Source: Candidatus Eiseniibacteriota bacterium (GTDB lineage: Bacteria > Eisenbacteria > RBG-16-71-46). From it: a stretch of 64,000 nt of DNA. The notes under the pieces are model-generated. The model did not search any database. It saw only the letters and a list, made by a program, of their open reading frames with translations, and had not been told where the DNA came from. The stretch is from positions 864,001-928,000 of the forward strand of contig CAVSAC010000014.1 of NCBI GenBank assembly GCA_963725865.1, given 5' to 3'. Below, piece after piece: positions 51,355 to 61,483 of the stretch (position 1 is the first letter of the stretch; each line of letters opens with the position of its first letter). Both the position numbers and the translations under genes were made by a program.

Positions 51355-52533
51355 ATGAGCACCCGCAGCCCCGCGTTCAGCGACGCCGACCGCCAGGAGA
51401 TGGTGGCCGTGCGGCGCGACCTGCACGCGCATCCCGAGACCGCGTTCGAGGAGGTGCGCACGTCGGCGCTGGTGGCCGAACGCCTGCGCGCGCTGGGGCT
51501 CGCGCCGCGCACCGGAGTCGGCCGCACCGGCGTGCTGGCCACGGTGAAGGGCGCGCGGGCCGGCCGCACGGTGCTGCTGCGCGCGGACATGGACGCGCTC
51601 CCGATCCAGGAGGAGAACGACGTCCCCTACCGCTCGACGACGGCCGGCAAGATGCACGCGTGCGGGCACGACTGCCACACCTCGATCCTGCTCGGGGTCG
51701 CGCGCCGCCTGGTGGCGGACCCCACCGCGCTCGCCGGCGACGTGCGACTGTGCTTCCAGCCCGCCGAGGAGCAGGGCGGCGGCGCGAACGCCATGATCGC
51801 CGACGGCGCGCTGCGCGACCCGCGCCCCGACGGCGCGTTCGGGCTGCACGTGTGGCAGGACCTCGACCTCGGGACGGTGGGCGTCACCGACGGGCCGTGG
51901 ATGGCGGCGGTGGACGAGTTCACGGTCACCGTGCACGGCAAGGGCGCGCACGCCGCGATGCCGCACGTCGGCACCGATCCGGTGGTGTGCCTGGCGCACC
52001 TGGTCACCGCGCTGCAGACCATCGCCAGTCGCGGCGTGAGCCCGTTCCAGGAGGTGGTGGTGAGCGTGACCCAGCTGCGCGCGGGCACGGCGTTCAACAT
52101 CATCCCCGGCAGCGCGTGGATGAACGGCACCGTGCGGGTGTTCGACCCCGATCTGTGGGCCGAGCTGCCGGCGCGCTTCGAGCGTATCTGCAAGGGCGTC
52201 GCCGAGGCGTTCGGCTGCCGCGTCGAGGTCAAGTACGACCGCTTCAATCGGCCCACCATCAACGATCCCGCGATGGCCGCCCTCGCCCGCGAGGTCGCCG
52301 CCGAGGTGGTGGGGCGCGAAAACGTGCGCGACGACATCCGCACCATGGGGGGCGAGGACTTCTCCGCGTTCCTCGCCGAGGTGCCCGGATGCTTCATCGC
52401 GATCGGGTCCCGCAATGCCTCGAAGGGCCTGCACTGGGACCACCACCATCCCCGCTTCGACGTGGACGAGAGCTGCCTCGGCATCGGCGCCGAGATCCTG
52501 CTCCGCACGGCGAAGCGCTTCCTGGAGCGCTGA
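51355..52533 (+). CDS. M20D family amidohydrolase
   Basis: RRDLHAHPE, LRADMDALP, MHACGHD, FQPAEE, GEDFS, HHHPRFD. Confidence 0.95.
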   Translation: MSTRSPAFSDADRQEMVAVRRDLHAHPETAFEEVRTSALVAERLRALGLAPRTGVGRTGVLATVKGARAGRTVLLRADMDALPIQEENDVPYRSTTAGKMHACGHDCHTSILLGVARRLVADPTALAGDVRLCFQPAEEQGGGANAMIADGALRDPRPDGAFGLHVWQDLDLGTVGVTDGPWMAAVDEFTVTVHGKGAHAAMPHVGTDPVVCLAHLVTALQTIASRGVSPFQEVVVSVTQLRAGTAFNIIPGSAWMNGTVRVFDPDLWAELPARFERICKGVAEAFGCRVEVKYDRFNRPTINDPAMAALAREVAAEVVGRENVRDDIRTMGGEDFSAFLAEVPGCFIAIGSRNASKGLHWDHHHPRFDVDESCLGIGAEILLRTAKRFLER

Positions 52534-52537
52534 TCGC

Positions 52538-53908
52538 ATGCACCTGGACCGATTCCGCACCCGTCTCACCCTGCTCGCGGCCGCCTGCGGCGTCCTGCTC
52601 GGAGCGGCGCCGGCGCCGGCGCGCGCCGAGCTGATGCAGCCCGACCCGTCGATCCGCGAGGCCCAGATGTCGCTGCGCCTCGCCGCGCGCGACACCGTCG
52701 GCTTCTCCGACCACGTGGGTCGTCTCGACACGCTCGCCGTCGCGGCGCTGCGGCTCGGCCGCTACGACGACGCGCGCAAGGTGTTCGACCACGTGCTGGC
52801 GCTGGCGCCGGACGACGACGCGGCGCATGCGGGGCTCGGCAAGCTGGCGCTGTTCCACGACGACCTCGTGGCCGCCGAGAGCCTGCTCGCCGCTCCGGCC
52901 CGCGCGGGCGACATCGACGCGATCAGCGACCTGCTCGCCGCCCGGGTGCGCGCGGGCCACTACGCCGCGGCCGCCGACCTGTGCGAGGACGCCGGCCAGC
53001 CGGGTCGCGCCGACCTGCTGCGGCAGATGGCCGAGCAGGGCGCCTACCAGCTCGTGAGCGGCCCGGAGCAGGGCGAGGCGCTGTTCGCGCGCAGCTGGCC
53101 GACGCCGCTGGTGAAGGTCATGCTCGGCAAGCAGGTGGTGCTGATGGCGGTCGACACCGGCACCGAGGACCTGATCGTCGACGAGGCCGCGGCGCGGGTG
53201 AACGGCGTGACGACGAGCGGCTCGCAGCGGATGGTGTTCTGGAACGGCACCCGCAACGCGGTCAAGAACGCCTGGGTGCCGAAGCTCACGATCGCGGGCT
53301 TCACGCTCGAGCATCTGCCGGCCGGCGTCGCCAATCTGCGCAAGTGGAGCCTCGAGGTGAACCCGCAGGGCGAGCGCGTGGCCGGGGTGATCGGACTCGG
53401 CGTGCTGCGGCGCTTCACGCCCACGCTCGACTACGACCGGCTGCGCCTGGTGCTGCGCCGTCCGGGCACCGCGTTCACGCCCGCCGCGGGTGCCCAGCGC
53501 ATCCCGTTCGAGCTGTGGGGCGAGGACGAGCTGATGGTGTGGGGCTCGATCTCGGGCGGCCGCCGGCTGGCGATGGTGGTGCAGACCGGCGTTCCCGGCT
53601 GCGGCATCGGCGCGCCGCAGTCGGTGTTCGACGAGTTCGGCATCCGCGCCGGCATGGTCGCGCGCGCGATGAAGGGCGCCGGCACCTGGATGGGCGGCCG
53701 GCCCTGGATCCCGGTCACGGTGCCGGCCGTGAACGCCGGGCGCATCGCCACCGACAAGGTGCCCGGCTGGATCGGGGCGCTCGACGAGTCGGAGCTGTGG
53801 CGGCACGGCGTGCGCCGAGATGCGCTGCTGTCGCACGCGTTCTTCCGCGGCCGGCGCGTCACGATCGACTGGCCGGCCCACGAGCTCGTGGTCGAGGAGA
53901 AGCCGTAG
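52538..53908 (+). CDS. Exported TPR + tandem retropepsin-like aspartyl protease domains
   Basis: Signal peptide; TPR-like helices; MAVDTG, GVIGL..LRRF...LDY; second lobe MVVQTG...LLS..FF....TIDW. Confidence 0.8.
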   Translation: MHLDRFRTRLTLLAAACGVLLGAAPAPARAELMQPDPSIREAQMSLRLAARDTVGFSDHVGRLDTLAVAALRLGRYDDARKVFDHVLALAPDDDAAHAGLGKLALFHDDLVAAESLLAAPARAGDIDAISDLLAARVRAGHYAAAADLCEDAGQPGRADLLRQMAEQGAYQLVSGPEQGEALFARSWPTPLVKVMLGKQVVLMAVDTGTEDLIVDEAAARVNGVTTSGSQRMVFWNGTRNAVKNAWVPKLTIAGFTLEHLPAGVANLRKWSLEVNPQGERVAGVIGLGVLRRFTPTLDYDRLRLVLRRPGTAFTPAAGAQRIPFELWGEDELMVWGSISGGRRLAMVVQTGVPGCGIGAPQSVFDEFGIRAGMVARAMKGAGTWMGGRPWIPVTVPAVNAGRIATDKVPGWIGALDESELWRHGVRRDALLSHAFFRGRRVTIDWPAHELVVEEKP

Positions 53909-53961
53909 GCGCGCGCGCAGCACCGCATGACGCCCCACGACCAAGGGGCTAGACTCGCCGC

Positions 53962-54660
53962 GTGATGGCTCCCCCGTCGCGCATTCCCCTCTCGCCGGTG
54001 GCCGCGCTCGGCGCGGCGCTGCTGATCGCCGGCATCGAGGCGGCACTGCTCGCGCTCGGCCTCGGCGGCGTGCGGGCGCTGCTGGCGAGCCCGCCCGCGC
54101 TGGGGTTGATCGCCACCTGGGCCACGAGCGGCGCGGTGCTGGCCGCGCTGCGCCCGCTGCGCGGCCAGGACGTCACCGAGCGCCCGCCGGGGCAGGCGTT
54201 CCTGCTGGCGGCGCTGCTGGTGATCCCGCTGTTCACGCCCGCGCTGTGCGCGTGGGCGGCCCGGCTCGGCGTCTGGCCGCTGCCCGGCGGCGCGGCGCGC
54301 GCCTGGAGCGGCGTCGCGCTGGCGGCCGCCGGGCTCGCGCTCCGCATCGCCGCGATGGCCCGGCTGGGGCCGCGCTTCGCGCCGACGGTGGCGCTGCAGC
54401 GCGACCACGCGCTCGAGATGCGCGGCCTCTACGCGCTCATCCGCCATCCCGGCTACCTCGGCTCGTGGCTCGCGAACCTCGGTGCGGTGCTGGCGCTCGG
54501 CAGCGCCGTGGGGCTGGCGAGTGTTCTGCTGTTCGGCCTCGCGCTCGAGGCCCGCATGCGGCGCGAGGAGACGCTGCTCGCGCGCCGCTTCGGCGCCGAC
54601 TGGACTGCCTACGCCGCGCGAGTCGGCCGCTGGCTGCCGCGGCCGTGGAGCGGACGCTAG
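53962..54660 (+). CDS. Isoprenylcysteine carboxyl methyltransferase (ICMT/PEMT) family membrane protein
   Basis: H.L...GLY..IRHPGY.G, REE.LL...FG..W..Y. Confidence 0.88.
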   Translation: MMAPPSRIPLSPVAALGAALLIAGIEAALLALGLGGVRALLASPPALGLIATWATSGAVLAALRPLRGQDVTERPPGQAFLLAALLVIPLFTPALCAWAARLGVWPLPGGAARAWSGVALAAAGLALRIAAMARLGPRFAPTVALQRDHALEMRGLYALIRHPGYLGSWLANLGAVLALGSAVGLASVLLFGLALEARMRREETLLARRFGADWTAYAARVGRWLPRPWSGR

Positions 54661-54726
54661 CCGCCTGCGAATGCCCGGGTGCGGTCCGCAGTTGGCGCGC
54701 CCGCGGTCGTCCGCTATCCTGCCGCC

Positions 54727-55398
54727 GTGCGTCTCTACTACCACGTCATGTCGGCCCCCGCACCGCTGGGCCTGCTGTTCCTGGCGCTCGGGGAGCGCGG
54801 GCTGCGCCACCTGGTGTTCATGGAGCGCAAGAGCCTCAAGCGCGTGATCGCCGCACTCTCGCCGGCCAACCCGGGCGCCGAGTGGCAACCCTCGCTGCTG
54901 GAGCTCAAGCCGGTCGTCGATCAGCTCGACGGCTATTTCTGCGGCACGCTCTCGCGTTTCGACCTGCGACTCGATCCGCAGGGCTCGGAGTTCCAGCTCG
55001 CGGTGTGGAAGGAGCTGCGCCGCATCCCCCACGCCGAGACGCGCTCGTACGGCGACATCGCGAAGGCGATCGGCCAGCCCAAGGCGGCGCGCGCGGTGGG
55101 GTTGGCGAACAACCAGAACCCGCTCCCGATCATCGTGCCCTGCCACCGCGTGATCGGCGCCGACGGCAGCCTGACCGGCTACGGCGGCGGGTTGCCCAGG
55201 AAGCGCTGGCTGCTCGCGCACGAGCATCGCTTCGCGGAGCTGACCGCGCGCAGCGAGCCGATCCTGGTGGCCTCCTCGCGCCCCGCACCGCTGCCCGGCC
55301 CGCTCGCGGCCGCGAAGAAGAAGCCCCCGCGCCGCCGCACCGTGCGCACGATCGAGAGCGTCGTGCGGCCCGCGAAGAGCGCCAAGCCCGCGCGCTGA
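54727..55398 (+). CDS. ogt: Methylated-DNA--protein-cysteine methyltransferase
   Basis: GSEFQ..VW..L, RAVG.AN..NP..IIVPCHRVIG, YGGG...K..LL.HE. Confidence 0.95.
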   Translation: MRLYYHVMSAPAPLGLLFLALGERGLRHLVFMERKSLKRVIAALSPANPGAEWQPSLLELKPVVDQLDGYFCGTLSRFDLRLDPQGSEFQLAVWKELRRIPHAETRSYGDIAKAIGQPKAARAVGLANNQNPLPIIVPCHRVIGADGSLTGYGGGLPRKRWLLAHEHRFAELTARSEPILVASSRPAPLPGPLAAAKKKPPRRRTVRTIESVVRPAKSAKPAR

Positions 55399-55438
55399 AC
55401 ACCGCTGGCCGCGTGGCTCGCGCGCTACCGCTCCGCAC

Positions 55439-56449
55439 TCACCCCGCGAAGTGGTCGAACCCGGCACCCGGCAGCGGGCGGCGTCGGCCGTCCGGCTCGA
55501 GCAGCGTCAGCACTCCCGGCGCATCCGTGAGCCGGCCGAGGATGTGGAACGGCACCGCGGCCTCGGCGGCCACCGCCTCGGCGTCGGCGCGCTTGGCGGG
55601 ATCGAGCGCCAGCAGCAGCTCGTAGTCGTCGCTGGGCCCGTAGCGCAGCGCCTCGAGCGGGAGCCCGAGCGCCTCGGCCGCACGCTCGAGCGCGTCGTCG
55701 CGCGGCCACTCCTCGGCCAGCACGGTCGCGCCGGTGCCGCTCGCCTCGCATAGGTGCGCGAGGTCGCCGGCGAAGCCATCTGAGAGATCCACGCACGCGG
55801 TCACCGCCTCGCGCGCCGCCAGCGCGAGCGCGAAGCCGACCCGCGCCTGCGGCGCGCACCACGCCTCGATCAGCGGCGCGAAGCCGCCGTTGCGGGCGCC
55901 CTCGCCCTGCGCGAGTGCGAGCCGCAGCCCGGCGCCGGCGCGGCCGGGATGGCCGGTCACCGCGAGCAGGTCGCCGGGGCGCCCGCCGTGGCGCGTCCAC
56001 ACCTTCCCGCGCGGGGCGGTGCCGAGCAGCGTGAGGCTCATCCACTCCGCGCCCTCGACCGCGGTCAGGTTGCCGCCGACCACCGCGGCCTGGTGCGCGG
56101 CGAGGGATTCGACCAGGCCGTCCTGCAGCTCGACCAGCGCGTCCACGTCGTGCTCGCGGCGCACGCCGAGCGACAGCAGCGCCCAGCGCGGTGTAGCCGC
56201 CATCGCGGCGAGGTCGCTCAGGTTGGCGTGCGCGAGCCGCGCGCCGATCACGCGCGGGCTCATCCACGCCGCCAGCACGTGGCGGCCCTCGACGAACGCG
56301 TCGGTGGTGGCGACGATGTCGTCGCGCGAGGTGACGCGCAGCACCGCGGCGTCGTCGCCGGCGCCCACGATCACGCCGGCGACCGGGATCCGCCGCGCGG
56401 TGAGCCGGCGGATGACCTCGAACTCCCCGACGTCAGCGAGCCGTGGCAT
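55439..56449 (-). CDS. thiL: Thiamine-monophosphate kinase
   Basis: [47 protein letters not shown]. Confidence 0.95.
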   Translation of the reverse strand: MPRLADVGEFEVIRRLTARRIPVAGVIVGAGDDAAVLRVTSRDDIVATTDAFVEGRHVLAAWMSPRVIGARLAHANLSDLAAMAATPRWALLSLGVRREHDVDALVELQDGLVESLAAHQAAVVGGNLTAVEGAEWMSLTLLGTAPRGKVWTRHGGRPGDLLAVTGHPGRAGAGLRLALAQGEGARNGGFAPLIEAWCAPQARVGFALALAAREAVTACVDLSDGFAGDLAHLCEASGTGATVLAEEWPRDDALERAAEALGLPLEALRYGPSDDYELLLALDPAKRADAEAVAAEAAVPFHILGRLTDAPGVLTLLEPDGRRRPLPGAGFDHFAG

Positions 56450-57658
56450 CGGCGATGTCTCCTCGTCCGGAGTGGCGCCGGCAGCAGCACGACGAACACC
56501 AGCGCCGCGATCAGCGCCAGCGCGGCGCCGACCCCGAACGTGGCGCGCGCCCCGTGATGGTCCCACAGCCACCCCGCGAGCACGCTCGCCGGCAGCAGCG
56601 CGAGCCCGACCACGGTGTGGTAGATGCCGTACACGGTGCCGCGGCGGTCGGCGTCGACCAGGTCGGCGAGCAGGCTGCGCTGCGACACCTCGATCAGCGC
56701 GCTGTGCACGCCGTACACCACCAGCGCCGCCAGCACCAGCGCGGGGGCCGCGCTCCAGGCGAACAGGCCGTACACGACGGCGTACAGCAGGTACGCCGCG
56801 AGCAGCAGCGGACGGCGTCCGATGCGGTCGGACAGCGCGCCGGCCGGCAGGCTGAGCCCGGCGTACACCAGGTTGTAGAGCAGGTACGCCAGCGGCACCG
56901 CGGCGACCGCCATGCCGCCCTCGCGCGCCCGCAGCATCACGAACGCGATGCTGCTGTTGCCGAGCTGGAACAGCCCGTCGGCGATCAGGAAGCGCTTCAC
57001 GGTCGCCGGCAGCGCGCGGAACTCCAGATGCAGCGCGCGGGTCTCGGACCTCGGCACGCGGCGCGGCGCGCGCACGAACATCGCGAGCACCACGAGCGAG
57101 AGCGCGGCCGGGATCGCGGAGCACCAGGAAGATGCGCCGGAACCCGTCCGGCCACCGCGCCAGCAGCGCGAACGCCACCAGCGGCCCGATCGCGGCGCCC
57201 AGCGTGTCGAGCCCGCGGTGCAGCCCGAACGCGCGCCCGCGCCACGCCGGGGCGACCGAATCGGCCAGCAGGGCGTCGCGCGGCGGGCTGCGCAGTCCCT
57301 TGCCGACGCGGTCGGCGAAGCGCAGGCCCAGCACGCTGGCCCACGAGCCGGCGAGCGCGAACAGCGTCTTCGCCACGCCCGAGAGCCCATAGCCGAACAC
57401 GAGGAACGGCTTGCGGCGGCCGATGCGGTCCGACAGCCAGCCGGAGGTGAGCCGCAGCAGCGACGCGGTGCTCTCGGCGACGCCCTCGATGATGCCGAGG
57501 CTCGCGACCGAGGCGTGCAGCACGCCGGTCACGAACAGCGGCAGCACCGGCACGATCATCTCGGACGACACGTCGGTCAGCAGCGACGTGACGCCGAGCG
57601 CCCACACGTTGCGGGTGAGGCCGGGCTGCGGCGCGGGCTCGGGGTCGATGGTCGCCAT
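56371..57658 (-). CDS. MFS transporter; frameshift near 57121, 3' end uncertain
   Basis: [35 protein letters not shown]-half (SAIPAALS..., LYNLVYA, SDRIGRR, RGT.YG.Y) is in another frame. Confidence 0.85.
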
Positions 57659-57708
57659 GGGCGCGCGAGCCTAGCACGGATGCGCGCGCCGTCCGCCCAT
57701 CGCGGCCA

Positions 57709-57737
57709 TTGACAGCCCCGCTGACGGGGCGGATGCT
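57709..57737 (+). promoter_or_regulatory. Sigma70-type promoter for the Kelch gene
   Basis: Perfect TTGACA-17 nt-GATGCT. Confidence 0.6.
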
Positions 57738-57837
57738 CCTCGGGTCGGCGGTGGCACCATCCGGGCGCCCCGAGCCTCAGCGGTGGCCCCCACCGACGCC
57801 GTCGCCCCTCCGGGGCCGCACCCGCGAGGAGGGCGCC

Positions 57838-60210
57838 ATGCGCTCGCCCCTCACCTCCCGCCGCGTCTCACCGTTCGACCTCCTCGTCCTCGCCGGCGCG
57901 ATCGCCATCGCCGGCACCCTCGCACCCGTCCGCGCCCACGCCGAAGGCGTGTGGCAGCAACTCCTCGTCCCGGGCCCCCGCACCGCCCTCTCGGCGATCC
58001 GCGAGTCCTCCACCGGGCGCATCATCGTGTTCTCGCTCGGCCAGGCCTGGGCGCTGGCGCCCGGCCCGAGCAGCGTCTGGGTCCAGCTCCAGCCCACGGG
58101 CGGCGGTCCCGGGACCCGCGGTGGATGCAGCGTCATCTACGACTCGCCGCGCAATCGCCTGGTCGTGTTCGGCGGACAGACCAAGCTCGCGCGCTCCAAC
58201 GAGGCCTGGGCGCTCTCGCTCGCCGATCCACCGGCGTGGACGCTGCTCGCCCCCACCGGCACGCCACCCTCGGGGCGCACCGGGCACTCCGCGATCCTCG
58301 ACGCGCCGCGCCAGCGCATGATCGTGTTCGGTGGCAACGACGGCTCGGTCAAGAACGACGTGTGGTCGCTCACGCTCTCGGGCACGCCGGCGTGGACCCA
58401 GCTGTCGCCGGCGGGAGTCGGTCCGCCGGTGGCGCGCGAGCTGCACAGCGCGGTCTACATGAGCGCCAGTCAGCTCATGCTGGTCTTCGGCGGCCGCAAC
58501 TCGGCCGGCACCCCGCGCAACGACACCTGGGCGCTCTCGCTCTCGGGCACGGTGGCCTGGGGCACGCCCGGCGGACTGATCGGTCCCGCGACGCGCTACG
58601 GCCACAGCGCGGTGATGGACCCCGATGGCACCCGCATGCTCGTCTACGGCGGCACCGGCTCCGCGGGCACGCCGCTCGGCGACGTGCAGTCGCTGCACTG
58701 GAGCCCGTCCTACGCGTGGTCCGAGCTCACCCCCTCGCAGCCGCCGCCCGAGGCGCGGTCGCGTCACGCGGCGGTGGCCGATCCCGGCACCGGGATGATG
58801 GTGCTCATCGGCGGCACCGGGGCCTCGGGTACTGCGCTCGGGGACGTGTGGGCGATGCGGTTCGTGACCCCGTACTGGGCGCGCTGGTGGGTGGAGGAGA
58901 ACTCCGTGCTCCCGCGCCGCTCGGGTCACTCGGCGGTGCTCGACGCCGCGCGCCAGCGCATCCTGGTGTTCGGCGGCTTCCACTACCTCTTCCCGTCGGA
59001 TTCGGCGTACAACGACGTCTGGGCGTTCTCGCTCGGCGCCACGCCGGGGTGGACCAAGCTGACCCCCGCGGGCACGCCGCCCGCTCCGCGCGCGTTCCAC
59101 ACCGCGATCATGGACCCGCTACGCGATCGCATGATCGTCCATGGCGGGAACTGCTACTCCACGATCGGGTGGTACCTGACCGACGACGTCTGGCAACTCT
59201 CGCTCTCCGGCACGCCCACCTGGAGCGCGATCACGACCGGGGGCTCGAACAACCCGTGGCCGGCGATGCGGGAGCGCGCGGTCTACGATCCGGTCGGCGA
59301 CTGCATGTGGGTGTATGGCGGTGACGACATCTGGACCACTCGCGAGTTCGTCTGGAATCTGCCGCTCGGTGGGGCTGCCAACTGGTCCCTGTTGGAGACC
59401 CCGAGCAGCTCGCCGCGGTTCCGGCGCGGGCATTCGGCGGTGTACGACCCCGAGAACCGTCGCATGCTGGTGTTCGGCGGGCTCGCCGATGGCTTCGACC
59501 ACTACGGCAACCCGGTGAAGGTGTCGCTCGACGATGCCTGGCGGTTCCGCGCCGACGTCGTGGACACATCGTGGATCGAGGTCGGGCCCGCGAGCGCTTC
59601 GCCGACTCCGCGCTCGCGGCACGCGGCCGCCGTCGACGTGCCGCGGAACCGGATGCTGGTGTACGGCGGCATGGACTCGGTCGGCGGGACGATGGCGGAC
59701 GTGGTCGCCATGCCGCTGCCCGCGCTCGCGCCGCCGAGCTGGCAGACGCTGGTCCCGTCCGGCGGCCCGCCGCTGGCCCGCTACGACCACACGCTGGTCT
59801 ACGACCCGATGAACGACCGGATGCTCGTGATCGGGGGCATTGGCGCCTCGCTGTACAACGACGAGCTGTGCGACGTCTGGCAGCTGTCGTTGGCCGGGAT
59901 CGCGGGAGTCGAGCCCGCGCCCGCGGTGCCGCGACGCTTCGCATTCGCCGCGGCGCGGCCCAATCCGGCGCGCGGCGAGGTCGCGTTCGAGCTCGTGCTT
60001 CCGACGGATGGCCCGGTGACGCTGCGCATGTTCGACGTCGCCGGCCGCGCGGTGCGCACCCTGGCGGCGCGTCCATTCACGGCCGGTCGCGTCAGCCTGA
60101 GCTGGGATGGCCGCGACGACGGTGGAGCGGCGGTGGCGCCCGGCGTCTACCTGTGCGAGGCGCGCGCCGGCACCGAGCGCGCTACCCGGCGCGTGGTGAT
60201 GCTGCGTTAG
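57838..60210 (+). CDS. Secreted Kelch-repeat protein with C-terminal FlgD-Ig/T9SS-like domain
   Basis: GAGGAGG RBS; signal peptide; about 12 R..H.A..D....RM.VFGG...D.W repeats; tail ARPNP...MFDVAGRAVR...WDGRDD.G..VAPGVY...RVVMLR*. Confidence 0.9.
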   Translation: MRSPLTSRRVSPFDLLVLAGAIAIAGTLAPVRAHAEGVWQQLLVPGPRTALSAIRESSTGRIIVFSLGQAWALAPGPSSVWVQLQPTGGGPGTRGGCSVIYDSPRNRLVVFGGQTKLARSNEAWALSLADPPAWTLLAPTGTPPSGRTGHSAILDAPRQRMIVFGGNDGSVKNDVWSLTLSGTPAWTQLSPAGVGPPVARELHSAVYMSASQLMLVFGGRNSAGTPRNDTWALSLSGTVAWGTPGGLIGPATRYGHSAVMDPDGTRMLVYGGTGSAGTPLGDVQSLHWSPSYAWSELTPSQPPPEARSRHAAVADPGTGMMVLIGGTGASGTALGDVWAMRFVTPYWARWWVEENSVLPRRSGHSAVLDAARQRILVFGGFHYLFPSDSAYNDVWAFSLGATPGWTKLTPAGTPPAPRAFHTAIMDPLRDRMIVHGGNCYSTIGWYLTDDVWQLSLSGTPTWSAITTGGSNNPWPAMRERAVYDPVGDCMWVYGGDDIWTTREFVWNLPLGGAANWSLLETPSSSPRFRRGHSAVYDPENRRMLVFGGLADGFDHYGNPVKVSLDDAWRFRADVVDTSWIEVGPASASPTPRSRHAAAVDVPRNRMLVYGGMDSVGGTMADVVAMPLPALAPPSWQTLVPSGGPPLARYDHTLVYDPMNDRMLVIGGIGASLYNDELCDVWQLSLAGIAGVEPAPAVPRRFAFAAARPNPARGEVAFELVLPTDGPVTLRMFDVAGRAVRTLAARPFTAGRVSLSWDGRDDGGAAVAPGVYLCEARAGTERATRRVVMLR

Positions 60211-60297
60211 GGCGGGCTCCGGGCGGCTCGGCGGGGATGTCGAGCGGGGCGCAGCGCGTCTGTTGAGCCGGCCGCGCCCCGCCCCTATGCTGCGCCC

Positions 60298-60639
60298 ATG
60301 TCGCTTCCGGAGCCGCTGGCGCGGCTCGCGCGCGAGTGCGAGATCACGCCCTACAAGTCCTCCGGGCCCGGGGGACAGAAGAAGAACAAGACCGAATCGA
60401 GCGTGCGCGTGCGCCACCTGCCGACCGGGATCGTGCGCATCGCGACCGAAAGCCGGTCCCAGATCGCCAACCGCGAGACCGCGCTCGAGCGAGTGTGGCT
60501 CGAGCTGCGCCGGCGCGCCCGGCGCCCGAAGCCGCGGGTGAAGACCAGGCCCACGCGCGGCGCGGTCGAGAAGCGGCTGACCGAGAAGAAGCGCCTCGCG
60601 GAACGCAAGCGCGCCCGCGCCACCCGCGACCAGGACTGA
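60298..60639 (+). CDS. arfB: Short GGQ peptidyl-tRNA hydrolase, ArfB/YaeJ-like ribosome rescue factor
   Basis: SSGPGGQ..NK..S.V, RSQ..N...A, basic tail T.PT.....KRL..KK....K..R. Confidence 0.8.
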   Translation: MSLPEPLARLARECEITPYKSSGPGGQKKNKTESSVRVRHLPTGIVRIATESRSQIANRETALERVWLELRRRARRPKPRVKTRPTRGAVEKRLTEKKRLAERKRARATRDQD

Positions 60640-60666
60640 AGCCGGCCCGGGGCCGGGATACGACGA

Positions 60667-60691
60667 GGGCCCGGCCACCAGGGCCGGGCCC
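60667..60691. terminator. Hairpin between convergent arfB-like and phoU genes
   Basis: GGGCCCGGCC-accag-GGCCGGGCCC perfect 10-bp stem. Confidence 0.55.
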
Positions 60692-60761
60692 CCTTCGCGC
60701 TCCCCTCTCGCCGAGGGGTCGGCCATACCGGCATCGCGCCGGGGAGCGGCGCGCCGCGGGC

Positions 60762-61460
60762 TCAGGAACGCCCGAAATCCTCGTCCTGCGCACCCCGCTC
60801 CGCATCCTCGGCGTGGTGCTTGATGACTCGCGCCTCGGCGATGAACACCACCTCCTCGGCCACGTTGGTGGCGAGGTCGGCGACCCGCTCGAGGTTCCGT
60901 GAGACCAGGATGAGTTCCATACCCCGCGAGATGGTCGCCGGGTCCTCGATCATGTAAGTCAATACCTCGCGGAAGATCTGGCGGTTGAGGGCGTCCACCT
61001 CGTCGTCCCGGCGGACCAGCCGCCGGGCGGTCTCGGCGTCGCGCCGCACGAAGGCATCGAGCGCCTCGTGGAGCATGCCGCCCGACAGCTCCGCCATCCG
61101 CGGGATGTCCACCAGCGGCTTGAGCATGGGCTGCTCCGCGAGCCGCAGCGCGCCGCCGGCGATGTTCACCGCGTGGTCGCCCACCCGCTCGAGGTCGTTC
61201 GAGATCTTGAGCGCCGAGGTGATGAATCGCAGGTCGGTCGCCAGCGGCTGCTGGAGCGCCAGCAGCGACACGCAGCGCTCCTCGATGTCGAGCTCGTGCC
61301 GGTCGATGACCTTGTCCGCCGCGATCACCGCGCGGGCCAGCTCGGGGTCCTGGCGCCGGAGCGCCTCGATCGACTGCTGGACGATGCTCTCGGCGCGCCC
61401 GCCCATGAGGAGCAACTGCTCCTTGAGCGCGTCGAGCTCCTGCACGAAGTGGCGTTCCAC
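60762..61460 (-). CDS. phoU: Phosphate signalling protein PhoU
   Basis: GGAGGA then GTG; QP.A.DLR, DLERVGDHAVNIA, LERVADLATNVAE. Confidence 0.96.
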   Translation of the reverse strand: MERHFVQELDALKEQLLLMGGRAESIVQQSIEALRRQDPELARAVIAADKVIDRHELDIEERCVSLLALQQPLATDLRFITSALKISNDLERVGDHAVNIAGGALRLAEQPMLKPLVDIPRMAELSGGMLHEALDAFVRRDAETARRLVRRDDEVDALNRQIFREVLTYMIEDPATISRGMELILVSRNLERVADLATNVAEEVVFIAEARVIKHHAEDAERGAQDEDFGRS

Positions 61461-61483
61461 GGTCCTCCGGTGCCGCGTTCGGA

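Noticed and set aside
55439..57658. Apparent 739-aa MFS-ThiL fusion
   Set aside because: Produced by the frameshift near 57121; the middle is off-frame sequence and thiL has its own RBS and ATG at 56449.
57720..57800. Possible TPP riboswitch upstream of MFS-thiL (GGGGGCC..GCTGAG on minus strand)
   Set aside because: The CCTGA/P5 and GCGnAGG elements are missing, and the MFS gene has a -10 box 9 nt from its start.
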